Shown: piece after piece, positions 13,200 through 22,645 of the stretch | How positions within the stretch are numbered: the first letter of the stretch is position 1 | Layout of the letters: each line of letters starts with the position of its first letter | From: Escherichia phage vB_Eco_F27 | Sequence record: OP870146.1 | Direction: 5' to 3' (one strand) | Length of the DNA: 64,000 nucleotides | Notes under the pieces: generated by a model | What the model was told of the DNA's origin: nothing | Database searches by the model: none | Seen by the model: the letters and a program-made list of their open reading frames with translations, nothing else | Position numbers and translations under genes: made by a program

Positions 13200-13207
13200 T
13201 ATAAATA
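13200..13207 (+). promoter_or_regulatory. Late promoter (TATAAATA) for gene 24
   Basis: Exact TATAAATA 28 nt upstream of the gene 24 ATG; abuts the -35 of the antisense early promoter. Confidence 0.7.
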
Positions 13208-13234
13208 ATCTATATCACATAAGGAAAAAATGCA

Positions 13235-14518
13235 ATGAGTAAAATCCAAAAATTATTGCGTGAATCTACAACGTCTACTAGCAACTCAATCGGTCGCCCA
13301 AATCTCGTTGCTTTGACTCGCGCTACGACTAAATTAATATATTCTGACATTGTAGCAACACAAAGAACTAATCAACCTGTTGCTGCTTTTTATGGTATCA
13401 AATATCTTAACCCAGACAACGAATTAACATTTAAAACTGGTGCTACTTATGCAGGCGAAGCTGGATATGTAGACCGAGAAAAAATTACCGAACTCACAGA
13501 AGAATCAAAAGTCACATTAAATAAAGGCGATTTTTTCAAATATAATAATATCGTCTATAAAGTGTTAGAAGATGCACCATTTGCAGATATTCAAGAAAGT
13601 GATCTAGAATTAGCTCTTCAGATTGCGGTCGTTCATTTAAAGGTACGGTTATTTTCGGATGCAGCGGTAACAAGCAAATTTGAAAGCTCTGGTAGCGAAA
13701 TTTCTGATGCAAGATTCCAGATTAATAAATGGCAAACTTCAGTCAAATCTCGTAAACTTAAAACCGGCCTCACGGTTGAATTAGCGCAAGATTTGGAAGC
13801 AAATGGATTTGATGCCCCTAACTTCTTAGAAGATTTGCTTGCTACTGAAATGGCTGATGAAATTAATAAAGATATTCTTCAGTCTTTAATTACTGTATCG
13901 AAACGTTATAAAGTTACTGGAATTACTGACACTGGATTTATTGACTTGAGCTATGCGTCTGCTCCAGAAGCAGGCCGTTCGTTATACCGAATGGTATGTG
14001 AAATGGTTTCGCATATCCAAAAAGAGTCAACTTATACTGCAACGTTTTGCGTAGCTTCAGCTCGTGCAGCTGCTATTCTTGCTGCTTCTGGTTGGTTAAA
14101 ACATAAGCCAGAAGATGACAAGTATCTTTCACAAAATGCTTATGGATTCTTGGCAAATGGATTACCTCTTTACTGCGATACCAACAGTCCGTTAGATTAT
14201 GTTATTGTGGGTGTTGTAGAAAATATCGGTGAAAAAGAAATTGTAGGGTCCATCTTTTATGCTCCATACACTGAAGGAGTAGATTTAGATGACCCGGAAC
14301 ATGTTGGTGCTTTTAAAGTTGTAGTTGATCCAGAAAGCTTGCAACCGTCTATCGGATTATTGGTTAGATATGCTTTATCAGCAAATCCTTACACAGTAGC
14401 AAAAGACGAAAAAGAAGCGAGAATAATTGATGGCGGGGACATGGATAAAATGGCAGGACGTTCAGACTTGTCTGTTTTACTCGGTGTTAAATTGCCTAAA
14501 ATTATTATAGATGAATAA
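13235..14518 (+). CDS. 24: Capsid vertex protein gp24
   Basis: 427 aa (T4 427 aa); late promoter TATAAATA at 13200-13207. Confidence 0.9.
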   Translation: MSKIQKLLRESTTSTSNSIGRPNLVALTRATTKLIYSDIVATQRTNQPVAAFYGIKYLNPDNELTFKTGATYAGEAGYVDREKITELTEESKVTLNKGDFFKYNNIVYKVLEDAPFADIQESDLELALQIAVVHLKVRLFSDAAVTSKFESSGSEISDARFQINKWQTSVKSRKLKTGLTVELAQDLEANGFDAPNFLEDLLATEMADEINKDILQSLITVSKRYKVTGITDTGFIDLSYASAPEAGRSLYRMVCEMVSHIQKESTYTATFCVASARAAAILAASGWLKHKPEDDKYLSQNAYGFLANGLPLYCDTNSPLDYVIVGVVENIGEKEIVGSIFYAPYTEGVDLDDPEHVGAFKVVVDPESLQPSIGLLVRYALSANPYTVAKDEKEARIIDGGDMDKMAGRSDLSVLLGVKLPKIIIDE

Positions 14519-14526
14519 ACGAAAAA

Positions 14527-14552
14527 GGGACCGTAAGGTCCCTTTTTTTTTG
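14527..14552. terminator. Bidirectional terminator between convergent genes 24 and rnlB
   Basis: GGGACCGTAAGGTCCC followed by T9 on the plus strand; T-rich on the minus side too. Confidence 0.8.
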
Positions 14553-15551
14553 TTATGATACTAATTCAATCCATGCAGGACGCAGAACATCTTGCACCAT
14601 TCGGACTAATTCTTTCTTAACAAGATTCGGATTATCGGATGATGTTAATACAATACCTTCACGAGAAGTTTCTTCCAGAATATCTTGAACAGTCAATCCC
14701 ATCACTTTGCCAAAATCTTTTGGCGTTACAGTCCCAATCTTAGAAATCACATTATTAACACGATTTAATGTAACATAACAAGCTAGAACATCAAGCAAGT
14801 TTTTGTCAATTTCGGTTAATGGAAGCTGAGTTTTAATAGGCTTATCAGACTTTTTCTTTTCACTGAATTTAGAGTTCTTGCACTTAATAGCTACACGAGT
14901 ACCGTTTGGCAGCCATTTAGGGAAACAAGGCTTCAGAACATAACCTTCTGCTGTATTATCGCCAATAACATTAGCATCAAATACACAATTATTTGCTTCT
15001 ACAAGGTCTTCTGACGCAGTAGCATTATAAGCGGCTAAAACGGAATCAAGGTCATTTGGAATCGCGATAAGAGCATCGAATGTTCCACGTCCGAGCATTG
15101 GTGCCATTTTAAAACCGAATTCATTACAGAAATCTTGCATTTCGTAATCGGTCAAATACGTATTATCACCACTTTCTGTATTGATAAGGATATCGAACAC
15201 ATAAAAATCTTTTTCACCATAGTCAACACCTTTCTGTATTCCACCACCAGCGAATTCACCGAATACTTGATATGATACGGCTCGAGCTGTGTACATGAAT
15301 TCCTGAACGGCTTTAATAGCTTTATCATACTTCTTAAGTACGATTTCATAACCATAAAAATCTTCTGCTGGAAGAATAGGGCCTGTGCGCTTGGCGCATG
15401 TGACGTTGTCACGTTCAATTATTAACGAGAAGTTGGTCCCGTGGATTTTCTCACGTGCTACCCAAACACCAGTAGTCAAACCATTAGTGTAGAGTTTTTC
15501 AATAAACTTGTTGTTGTAGTGGTTTTCAAGACTGCTGTATTTCTTAAACAT
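14553..15551 (-). CDS. rnlB: RNA ligase 2 (Rnl2)
   Basis: 332 aa; nucleotidyltransferase lysine motif KIHGTN near the N-terminus; position next to gene 24 as in T4. Confidence 0.9.
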   Translation of the reverse strand: MFKKYSSLENHYNNKFIEKLYTNGLTTGVWVAREKIHGTNFSLIIERDNVTCAKRTGPILPAEDFYGYEIVLKKYDKAIKAVQEFMYTARAVSYQVFGEFAGGGIQKGVDYGEKDFYVFDILINTESGDNTYLTDYEMQDFCNEFGFKMAPMLGRGTFDALIAIPNDLDSVLAAYNATASEDLVEANNCVFDANVIGDNTAEGYVLKPCFPKWLPNGTRVAIKCKNSKFSEKKKSDKPIKTQLPLTEIDKNLLDVLACYVTLNRVNNVISKIGTVTPKDFGKVMGLTVQDILEETSREGIVLTSSDNPNLVKKELVRMVQDVLRPAWIELVS

Positions 15552-15643
15552 AAATCACCATTATAAATAATAATATCAAAATAATTAGCAGAGACTCTGT
15601 CTCCGACCGGATGTTTAATTTGAATGGATAGAACCTAGATTCA

Positions 15644-15668
15644 TTATACCATCAAAAAATGTAAAGCA
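15644..15668 (-). promoter_or_regulatory. MotA-dependent middle promoter for rnlB
   Basis: Minus strand reads TGCTTTA (MotA box), 12 nt, TATAAT; matches the T4 middle promoter layout. Confidence 0.55.
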
Positions 15669-15670
15669 TA

Positions 15671-15922
15671 TTAGAACTTGATTTCTATCCAATGTCCGTC
15701 ACGTTGGTCATGATTAATTTTATACTGAAAGCCGTTATCACGAAGCCATTGACCGACTTGTTCAGTTATAGTTAAATCGTTCTTTGACGGGTAGTATGTA
15801 AATTGTGTCTGGCCTTTGTCAGCGGCTTTCTCTGCCATCGCAGAGAAGTTAGTAATAAAATCACTCAACAAATTGGCTTTAGTGGCCAGAGCCCTTTCTC
15901 TTAATTCCTGTGCAAAACTCAT
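15671..15922 (-). CDS. Hypothetical protein (T4 24.2 position)
   Basis: 83-aa ORF between rnlB and hoc; no recognisable motif. Confidence 0.5.
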   Translation of the reverse strand: MSFAQELRERALATKANLLSDFITNFSAMAEKAADKGQTQFTYYPSKNDLTITEQVGQWLRDNGFQYKINHDQRDGHWIEIKF

Positions 15923-16119
15923 TTCTTCACCTTTTTATTAATCAGACGTTTACGGTATACAACTTTTTCTTTTGCTTTAAACTTTGACCGAGCTGTCTCG
16001 GCTTTAGTCCATAGTAATCCAACTTCTTTAGGTTGTAAACCGATTTTTTGAGCAATTTCTACGAATGAAAATCCCGCCTCATGTAATGTATAAACTTCAA
16101 CTTCAGCTCTCATAATCAA
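15919..16119 (-). CDS. Hypothetical small basic protein (T4 24.3 position), possible helix-turn-helix
   Basis: 66 aa; segment FSFVEIAQKIGLQPKEVGLLW resembles an HTH; 4-nt overlap with downstream ORF. Confidence 0.5.
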   Translation of the reverse strand: MIMRAEVEVYTLHEAGFSFVEIAQKIGLQPKEVGLLWTKAETARSKFKAKEKVVYRKRLINKKVKK

Positions 16120-16179
16120 TCCCGTATTATTTGGTTTGTGCCATTATACACATCAATCTCAAGTTGTGTTTTGTATGCT

Positions 16180-16208
16180 TTAAAAACGAAGAAAGGGGCC
16201 GAAGCCCC
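16180..16208 (-). terminator. Intrinsic terminator after hoc
   Basis: Minus strand GGGGCTTCGGCCCC followed by TTTCTTCGTTTTT. Confidence 0.65.
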
Positions 16209-16214
16209 TTACGA

Positions 16215-17345
16215 TTACGGATATGTATAGATGATACCAGTTTCCAAAGCAGTTTTATGGATGATGTATCCATTACGTGATTCTTGAACATCAACTTCCG
16301 GATAGTCTTTCATCATCTTCTGAAGAGTGTAACGATGCAGGTAGTATTTACTATCTGGATCTTCAGTTTTCCAATCTTTACCTTCTTCAGTCATTTTTTG
16401 GATTTCATCCATAACCCACCAACCGCACCAGATGTAAGCTGAAGTACGATGTGGAAGAGGATGAACATAAGGTAGTTCACCTTCTGGTTCTGGAGCAACT
16501 TTATCAGTCACTTGAACTTGGCCTTCTGCTGTAATAGTTTTGCTATCATAGTCATCTGCAGTAACGACGGCAGTCACTTCAATAGTTTGACTTCCAACAG
16601 ATGAAGTATCAACAGTATATACATTAGTTGACCCTTCTACAGGAGAAGAATCTTTCTTCCATGAATAAGTAATTTGTGCCGGTTCTGGTGCACCAGTGAC
16701 ATTAGCGGTAAATGTAGCTGAAGCATCTTGCTGAACGTTAATAGAAGGAGGAGTCAATGTAACCTGTGGATTCATTGTCTTTTTATTAACAGTCAGTGAC
16801 ACTTCATTAGAAGTAACGCTTAGTGCGTCATAATCTGTTGCGGTTACTTGGGCTACACATTTAATTCTTTTTACCCCGCTTTCAGCAGGAGTGTAATTGA
16901 ATGTAGCGTTAGTTGCTTCGCCAACAGGAGAATCATCTACATACCATTGATAAGTAGCAGACGCTCCAACCGGTTGAGAAGCTAAGGCCGCAGTAAATTG
17001 AACTGGGGTTCCAATTACTCCAGCTGAAGGGCTATTAGGAGTTACAGCTAAGGTAGTCGTTTGTGTCTTATTTTTAACCGTGATAGTCGTAGTAATTTCT
17101 GCTGTTTCAGCATCAGTATCAGGAATAGTATTTGTTGCAACAACTTTAATTGTTTTTGTTCCAGCGGGTCCTTTTAACACATAATCAAAAGTTTCTGCCG
17201 ATCCTACTTGAGGAGCATCGTCTACACTCCATGCATAGGTAATAGTTCCACCTCCAGTTTCACCACTGGGAGTAGCAGTAAACTGCTTAGTCTCATCTAT
17301 AACCCCAGTAGGTGTTTTAGGAGTTATATCAACTGTAAAAGCCAT
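16215..17345 (-). CDS. hoc: Hoc, highly immunogenic outer capsid protein (Ig-like domains)
   Basis: 376 aa (T4 Hoc 376 aa); repeated beta-rich T/S/V-rich modules; followed by terminator hairpin. Confidence 0.85.
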   Translation of the reverse strand: MAFTVDITPKTPTGVIDETKQFTATPSGETGGGTITYAWSVDDAPQVGSAETFDYVLKGPAGTKTIKVVATNTIPDTDAETAEITTTITVKNKTQTTTLAVTPNSPSAGVIGTPVQFTAALASQPVGASATYQWYVDDSPVGEATNATFNYTPAESGVKRIKCVAQVTATDYDALSVTSNEVSLTVNKKTMNPQVTLTPPSINVQQDASATFTANVTGAPEPAQITYSWKKDSSPVEGSTNVYTVDTSSVGSQTIEVTAVVTADDYDSKTITAEGQVQVTDKVAPEPEGELPYVHPLPHRTSAYIWCGWWVMDEIQKMTEEGKDWKTEDPDSKYYLHRYTLQKMMKDYPEVDVQESRNGYIIHKTALETGIIYTYP

Positions 17346-17354
17346 AAGTTATCC

Positions 17355-18023
17355 TTATTTTAATGTTACGAAAGAAGAATTACGAGTTTCACGAATTAGA
17401 ACTGATCCATCGCGATTAATATAATAAATTAAGCTAAATAATGTTTGGTGAGCAGAAGCGTGCACAAAACTGGTTGGACGAGATTTCCAATCTGGAGTTT
17501 CGGCTATCCATTGATAAATCCACCAAGGAACAGTAACATACCCTGGGCCTTTGCCTAATTTAATGAGTGTAGGACTAAAATTTTCAGGCAGAACAAATTT
17601 TACTTCTTTATTTACCTCTGACTCGGGCTCTTTTTCGGATTCAACAACCTGAGTAATTGCTTCTTCGAATTTATCGTGGTCGAATTCTTTTTCTTGTTCG
17701 ACAACTTCTAATACTTCAACTTGTTCTGTTGGAGAATCAAACAACAGAATAGCTTCTTCTTTAACTTCTTCGTTGGTGAAATTAACACCGTCTACATCAT
17801 CTGCGGCAGTAATTAAATCGGTGATAGATAATCCATCAGTTTCAGGTAATGGTTCATCAGCCAGTGCGTTAAGAGCTTCTTCGATATCAATAACAATATT
17901 ATCGAATGATTTTGTTTTCTTAACACTAATACCAAATTGTGCCGCGTATTCAAACAGTTTAGCTTTGGCTTCCTTTTTATCAGAAAGAGCACGTAACTCT
18001 TCAATATAGTCTTTATCGATCAT
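17355..18023 (-). CDS. inh: Inh-like protein (inhibitor of prohead protease), acidic
   Basis: 222 aa (T4 Inh ~226 aa); position directly upstream of hoc on the same strand. Confidence 0.7.
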   Translation of the reverse strand: MIDKDYIEELRALSDKKEAKAKLFEYAAQFGISVKKTKSFDNIVIDIEEALNALADEPLPETDGLSITDLITAADDVDGVNFTNEEVKEEAILLFDSPTEQVEVLEVVEQEKEFDHDKFEEAITQVVESEKEPESEVNKEVKFVLPENFSPTLIKLGKGPGYVTVPWWIYQWIAETPDWKSRPTSFVHASAHQTLFSLIYYINRDGSVLIRETRNSSFVTLK

Positions 18024-18036
18024 GTTATTTCCTCAT

Positions 18037-18044
18037 TATAAATA
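18037..18044 (+). promoter_or_regulatory. Late promoter (TATAAATA) for uvsW
   Basis: Exact TATAAATA 30 nt upstream of the uvsW ATG in the 50-bp inh-uvsW divergent spacer. Confidence 0.65.
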
Positions 18045-18073
18045 TAACTATATTTATTACATGGTAATTTGAC

Positions 18074-19588
18074 ATGACTGACATTAAAGTACATTTTCAT
18101 GATTTTAGTCACGTGCGCATTGAATGCGACGAAAGTACGTTTTACGAACTTCGTGACTTTTTTAGCTTTGAAGCCGATGGGTACAAATTCAACCCGCGTT
18201 ACAAATATGGGAACTGGGATGGTAGAATTCGACTTTTAGATTACAATCGTTTGTTACCATATGGACTTGTAGGACAAATAAAAAAGTTCTGTAACAATAT
18301 GAGTTATTCTGTATGGATTGACCCTAAAATCTTTGAGACCGAAGACCTTACCAGGGAAGATTTTGACGCATGGCTTTCTAAACAAGAAATTTATTCCGGC
18401 AATGCCAAAATCGAACCACATTGGTATCAAAAAGATGCAGTATATGAAGGACTAGTTAATCGTCGTAGAATTTTAAACCTTCCGACATCAGCAGGTAAAT
18501 CACTAATCCAAGCACTTTTAGCTCGATATTATCTAGAGAACTATGAAGGTAAAATTCTCATTATTGTCCCTACAACAGCATTGACAACCCAGATGGCTAA
18601 TGATTTTGTTGATTATCGCTTGTTTAGTCATTCGATGATTAAGAAAATTGGCGGTGGCGCTGATAAAGCGGACAAATCTAAAAACGACGCTCCAATTATT
18701 GTTGGCACATGGCAAACGGTAGTTAAGCAGCCTAAAGAATGGTTCTCGCAGTTCGGTATGATGATGAATGATGAATGCCACTTAGCAACAGGCAAAAGTA
18801 TTTCTTCAATCATCTCAGGATTAAATAATTGCATGTTTAAATTCGGTTTATCCGGCTCATTAAGAGACGGAAAAGCCAATGTAATGCAGTACGTAGGTAT
18901 GTTCGGCGAAATCTTCCGTCCTGTTAGCACGTCTAAATTAATGGAAGACGGTCAGGTAACTGAGCTTAAGATTAATAGTATTTTCCTTCGTTATCCAGAC
19001 GAATTCACTGTTAAATTAAAAGGTAAAACATACCAAGAAGAAGTTAAAATTATTACCGGACTAAAACGACGTACAAAGTGGATTGCTCAACTTTCAGTCA
19101 AATTGGCTAAGAAAGACGAGAACGCCTTTGTAATGTTTAAACACGTTACACACGGTAAAGAAATATTTGAAGCTATTAAAGAGCTTGGATACGAAAAAGT
19201 TTATTACGTATCAGGTGAAGTTGATACTGAAACACGTAACGCGCTTAAAGTCATGGCAGAAAATGGTAAAGGCGTTATTATTGTCGCATCATATGGAGTA
19301 TTCTCTACTGGTATTTCAGTAAAGAATCTTCATCATGTTATTTTTGCCCATGGTGTTAAATCAAAAATTATCGTACTTCAAACCGTAGGTCGCGTGCTTC
19401 GTAAGCATGGTTCTAAAGCTGTTGCTACAGTTTGGGATCTCATCGATGACGCAGGTGTAAAACCTAAATCATTAAATACTAAAAAGAAGTATACTCATCT
19501 TAATTACTTGTTAAAACACGGTATTGATCGTATCCAACGTTACGCTGATGAGAAATTTAACTATGTAATGAAAACAATTAATTTATAA
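18074..19588 (+). CDS. uvsW: UvsW SF2 DNA/RNA helicase
   Basis: 504 aa; helicase motif I LPTSAGKS and motif II DECH; late promoter TATAAATA at 18037-18044. Confidence 0.9.
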   Translation: MTDIKVHFHDFSHVRIECDESTFYELRDFFSFEADGYKFNPRYKYGNWDGRIRLLDYNRLLPYGLVGQIKKFCNNMSYSVWIDPKIFETEDLTREDFDAWLSKQEIYSGNAKIEPHWYQKDAVYEGLVNRRRILNLPTSAGKSLIQALLARYYLENYEGKILIIVPTTALTTQMANDFVDYRLFSHSMIKKIGGGADKADKSKNDAPIIVGTWQTVVKQPKEWFSQFGMMMNDECHLATGKSISSIISGLNNCMFKFGLSGSLRDGKANVMQYVGMFGEIFRPVSTSKLMEDGQVTELKINSIFLRYPDEFTVKLKGKTYQEEVKIITGLKRRTKWIAQLSVKLAKKDENAFVMFKHVTHGKEIFEAIKELGYEKVYYVSGEVDTETRNALKVMAENGKGVIIVASYGVFSTGISVKNLHHVIFAHGVKSKIIVLQTVGRVLRKHGSKAVATVWDLIDDAGVKPKSLNTKKKYTHLNYLLKHGIDRIQRYADEKFNYVMKTINL

Positions 19589-19600
19589 GGGCTTCGGCCC
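19589..19600 (+). promoter_or_regulatory. GC hairpin with UUCG loop between the uvsW stop and the uvsW.1 RBS
   Basis: GGGCTTCGGCCC starts directly after the uvsW stop codon; then AGGAGA RBS. Confidence 0.4.
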
Positions 19601-19613
19601 TTAGGAGATAAAA

Positions 19614-19844
19614 ATGGTACTTGAATTTAAACAATTTTTATACGAAGCATCTATTGACGAATTCATGGGTAAAATTGCTAGTTGCCATACCCTAGAAGGG
19701 CTTGAAGAATTGGAAGCTTATTATAAGAAACGTATAAAAGAAACGGAATTAAAAGATACAGATGATATTTCTGTCAGGGATGCCTTAGCAGGTAAGCGTG
19801 CCGAACTTGAAGGCGATGATGAGGATGCGGAAGAAGACTTCTAA
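19614..19844 (+). CDS. uvsW.1: UvsW.1 small acidic protein
   Basis: 76 aa directly downstream of uvsW, RBS AGGAGA; same arrangement as T4. Confidence 0.7.
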   Translation: MVLEFKQFLYEASIDEFMGKIASCHTLEGLEELEAYYKKRIKETELKDTDDISVRDALAGKRAELEGDDEDAEEDF

Positions 19845-19847
19845 TTA

Positions 19848-19880
19848 AAAAAAGGCCCGACCTTTTTGGAAGGGCCAAAA
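19848..19880. terminator. Candidate bidirectional terminator between convergent uvsW.1 and the uvsY.-2-position ORF
   Basis: AAAAAGG-CCCGA-CCTTTTT and TTTTTGG-AAGGG-CCAAAAA adjacent hairpins; A/T-rich stems, so weak. Confidence 0.4.
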
Positions 19881-19902
19881 ACCATAGGCAAAAAAGGTAA
19901 CA

Positions 19903-20070
19903 CTATAGTAAAAGTTGGGTTTCGTTCAATTGCTCTTCTGAACTTTCTGAAACCGGCAATTGTTGGACATAGTTATAACAAGGACCAGGATGTGCTGGGC
20001 CTTTGTCTGTTTCAACAACCAATGCAGAATCGATTGGAGTTTTACAGACAACACAAATCTTATCTGACAT
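19903..20070 (-). CDS. Small Cys-containing protein (T4 uvsY.-2 position), 55 aa
   Basis: Hand-translated: MSDKICVVCKTPIDSALVVETDKGPAHPGPCYNYVQQLPVSESSEEQLNETQLLL; RBS GGAGG 7 nt upstream; not in the >=60 aa ORF track. Confidence 0.5.
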   Translation of the reverse strand: MSDKICVVCKTPIDSALVVETDKGPAHPGPCYNYVQQLPVSESSEEQLNETQLLL

Positions 20071-20102
20071 GATTGCCTCCTAAGTTGAAATTACATATCT
20101 AT

Positions 20103-20327
20103 TTATACAACTCTCATATGCATATCAATGCCCATATCTTTAGAATAAAAATATTCATCAAGATATCCGGCAAATTTTCCTTTAATATAAAGGACGTCTT
20201 CACCACACGGGTGGTCTGCCAGGATACGAATATCCTGACGACGTAGACGATACTTTTCCATTAAGAATTTAATTTCAGTTTCAAATTCTTCGTCATTATT
20301 AAAGGCATCTTCAATTGAATAACGCAT
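20103..20327 (-). CDS. Hypothetical protein (T4 uvsY.-1 position)
   Basis: 74-aa ORF immediately downstream of uvsY; start overlaps the uvsY stop. Confidence 0.5.
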   Translation of the reverse strand: MRYSIEDAFNNDEEFETEIKFLMEKYRLRRQDIRILADHPCGEDVLYIKGKFAGYLDEYFYSKDMGIDMHMRVV

Positions 20328-20740
20328 TATTGCCCCGCTTCAAATTCTCGCATATCCTGGATATGTTTAAGTGCAAAACTACGAGACTTAACTGCGTCAA
20401 GTGCACCACTACAGAACTCAAGTAAAATTCCCCAGTATTGTAAAGTAGTCTCTATTTTAAGCACATCTTTATCTGCAGCCAGGACAGTTTTCATTTCAGA
20501 TTTCTCGTATCGGTCCATACTGAATTCATCACCGTCACCTCGTCCCGAGTAGTAGTCTAATCTTGCTTTTAGAGCAGTTTTCTTCTGAGTCTCTATACGC
20601 AACATTTCTTTACGAATAAATGAGTGCTTACGTAGCCATTTGCTGTATAACTTAACATTATTCGCTGTCTCATATTGCAACTTTGTTGTATCAATAGCTA
20701 AGTCTGCGTCTAACTCTTCCTGTAAATCTTCCAGCTTCAT
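20327..20740 (-). CDS. uvsY: UvsY recombination mediator protein
   Basis: 137 aa from the internal ATG (MKLEDLQEEL...), closely matching T4 UvsY as recalled; the 27-codon upstream extension in the ORF track covers the promoter and is not coding. Confidence 0.88.
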   Translation of the reverse strand: MKLEDLQEELDADLAIDTTKLQYETANNVKLYSKWLRKHSFIRKEMLRIETQKKTALKARLDYYSGRGDGDEFSMDRYEKSEMKTVLAADKDVLKIETTLQYWGILLEFCSGALDAVKSRSFALKHIQDMREFEAGQ

Positions 20741-20795
20741 AATATTCTCTCTTTTAACTAATAATCTCCCGGCTGTATCGGAAGGACCTAAAACC

Positions 20796-20821
20796 ATTAT
20801 ACATAGGTTGCCTTGAAGCAT
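20796..20821 (-). promoter_or_regulatory. MotA-dependent middle promoter for uvsY, inside the 3' end of gene 25
   Basis: Minus strand reads aaTGCTTCA, 12 nt, TATAAT, ~55 nt upstream of the uvsY ATG. Confidence 0.55.
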
Positions 20822-21219
20822 TACACTCTATTGCTTGACGCTAACTGAAGTTTAATTTGTTCAATATCGTCAGGGTTGTCTACGACCGAAAATCTAATCT
20901 CTACTATAACCGTATAGTCATCATATACTGGCGTTACACTTACAGAAAGTTTGTCGATGCGTGGCTCATAGTTACGGACAGCTGCCTGGATATTACGCTC
21001 AATCGTATCGGCTGTAAGTGGTGTCATGTTCTCGAAAAGTTCGTCGACCAAATCACATCCAAATTCAGGGTCGAAGGGGCGTGAGCCTTTTCTAGTTGTC
21101 ACTATGCCAAGAAGACTATTTTTAATAGAACGAAGTCCTACAGAACGAGCAACGTCCTTGTTCCAATCCATACGCATTTCTGGGTCGATATCTGAATAAA
21201 GTTTATTGATATTAGACAT
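20821..21219 (-). CDS. 25: Baseplate wedge protein gp25
   Basis: 132 aa (T4 gp25 132 aa); position upstream of uvsY. Confidence 0.85.
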   Translation of the reverse strand: MSNINKLYSDIDPEMRMDWNKDVARSVGLRSIKNSLLGIVTTRKGSRPFDPEFGCDLVDELFENMTPLTADTIERNIQAAVRNYEPRIDKLSVSVTPVYDDYTVIVEIRFSVVDNPDDIEQIKLQLASSNRV

Positions 21220-21845
21220 TATAGTAACTCAAAGAATTCTTTGAGGCCTCGTATTGTGTGAACGTGTGACGCCCCACATTTGGGACATTTAATAGGGGTT
21301 GCCAGATAAATCGATGGCGATACCAAAAGATTTTTAATATTGATCATGTCATCTTCTGTTATAAGGCCGTAAAGGTCGTTTATTTCTGCTTCAGTTAAAT
21401 CTTCAACAGGGATGGACTCTCCATTGACAAAAACGGCCTCAATACATGAAGCAATCATTAATGCGATATTTTTATCGTCAAATAATTTAGGTTGACGGAA
21501 CTTAATTTTAATACCACTAAACGAATACCAGGGATCGGCCTGTTCATCTAATTGAGTGTGCAATAAATTCATATAGACTTGAAATGAATGCCCACAGGAA
21601 CAATTCCAGGTGTGTTCTTGATTCACTTCACCTAATGAGTGTGCCCAAAGATTTACCAACAATAACTCGGCTTCTTGTTTAGTCAAGTTTTTAGCGTTAG
21701 AACAATTAGTGATAATATTGTTCACTGCGGATTCAATAGTACCGGTAGCCCGCGCACCTATGAGTCCTAAATATTCTTTTAAAGTAAAGGCTCTACAATT
21801 CACTTCTTTATCGCCTAAACGTACTGTAAACGTATATTTGTACAT
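21219..21845 (-). CDS. 26: Baseplate hub protein gp26
   Basis: 208 aa (T4 208 aa); divergent from gene 51 across a palindromic late promoter. Confidence 0.8.
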   Translation of the reverse strand: MYKYTFTVRLGDKEVNCRAFTLKEYLGLIGARATGTIESAVNNIITNCSNAKNLTKQEAELLLVNLWAHSLGEVNQEHTWNCSCGHSFQVYMNLLHTQLDEQADPWYSFSGIKIKFRQPKLFDDKNIALMIASCIEAVFVNGESIPVEDLTEAEINDLYGLITEDDMINIKNLLVSPSIYLATPIKCPKCGASHVHTIRGLKEFFELL

Positions 21846-21863
21846 GTTAACTCCTTTATTGTG

Positions 21864-21874
21864 TATTTATAAAT
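21864..21874. promoter_or_regulatory. Palindromic divergent late promoter pair for gene 26 (minus) and gene 51 (plus)
   Basis: TATTTATAAATA reads TATAAATA on both strands within the 47-bp spacer. Confidence 0.6.
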
Positions 21875-21892
21875 AATAGAAAAGGAGTAATT

Positions 21893-22645
21893 ATGGCTAA
21901 TATAATTCGTTGTAAATTACCGGATGGTGTTCATCGTTTTAAGCCGTTCACTGTGGCGGATTATAGAGACTTTTTACTAGTTAGAAATGATATCGAACAT
22001 CGTTCGCCGCAAGAACAAAAAGAAATAATTGCCGATCTGATTGATGATTATTTTGGCGAGTACCCTAAAACATGGCAACCATTTATATTCCTGCAAGTTT
22101 TTGCAGGCTCTATAGGCAAAACAAAAGTTCCCGTTATTTTCACTTGCCCTAAATGCTCTAAAGAAAAAACTGCACCATTTGAGATATATCAAAAAGAACT
22201 AGTCGAACCTGAACTTGATGTTGCTGGTATAAAAATACGTTTTTCTTTCCCTGAAAAATTTTATGACAACAAGGCATTAATGATAAGTGAAAACATAAAA
22301 GAAATATATTATAATAACGAATGGTACCCATGGAATGATTTGACTGAAGAGAACCAAATCCAAGTAATAGAAGCAATAGACATTGACTCGCTCGAGAAGG
22401 TTATTGCTTCTATGAACCCTATTAATTTGACCCTTAGATTAGGTTGTTGTGAACGTCATGTTAAAACATATACTGATATCTTAGAGGTTTTTAAATTGTT
22501 AGTTAACCCTGATGAGATTTTTACATTCTATCAGATAAACCATTCACTAGTAAAGAGTCAATACACATTGGATTCTATTATGCAAATGATTCCTGTTGAA
22601 CGTGGTATTGCTTTAACATTAGTAGAAAAGGACCATAAAAAATGA
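21893..22645 (+). CDS. 51: Baseplate hub assembly protein gp51
   Basis: 250 aa (T4 249 aa); two CxxC pairs; synteny. Confidence 0.8.
   Translation: MANIIRCKLPDGVHRFKPFTVADYRDFLLVRNDIEHRSPQEQKEIIADLIDDYFGEYPKTWQPFIFLQVFAGSIGKTKVPVIFTCPKCSKEKTAPFEIYQKELVEPELDVAGIKIRFSFPEKFYDNKALMISENIKEIYYNNEWYPWNDLTEENQIQVIEAIDIDSLEKVIASMNPINLTLRLGCCERHVKTYTDILEVFKLLVNPDEIFTFYQINHSLVKSQYTLDSIMQMIPVERGIALTLVEKDHKK

Noticed and set aside
19866-20072. 68-aa plus-strand ORF in the uvsW.1 / uvsY.-2 junction
   Set aside because: It lies across the candidate bidirectional terminator and is antisense to a better-supported 55-aa minus-strand ORF with an RBS; no RBS or promoter of its own
20741-20821. N-terminal 27-codon extension of the uvsY ORF
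   Set aside because: It covers the MotA-box middle promoter and overlaps gene 25; the 137-aa product from the internal ATG matches T4 UvsY in length and sequence as recalled
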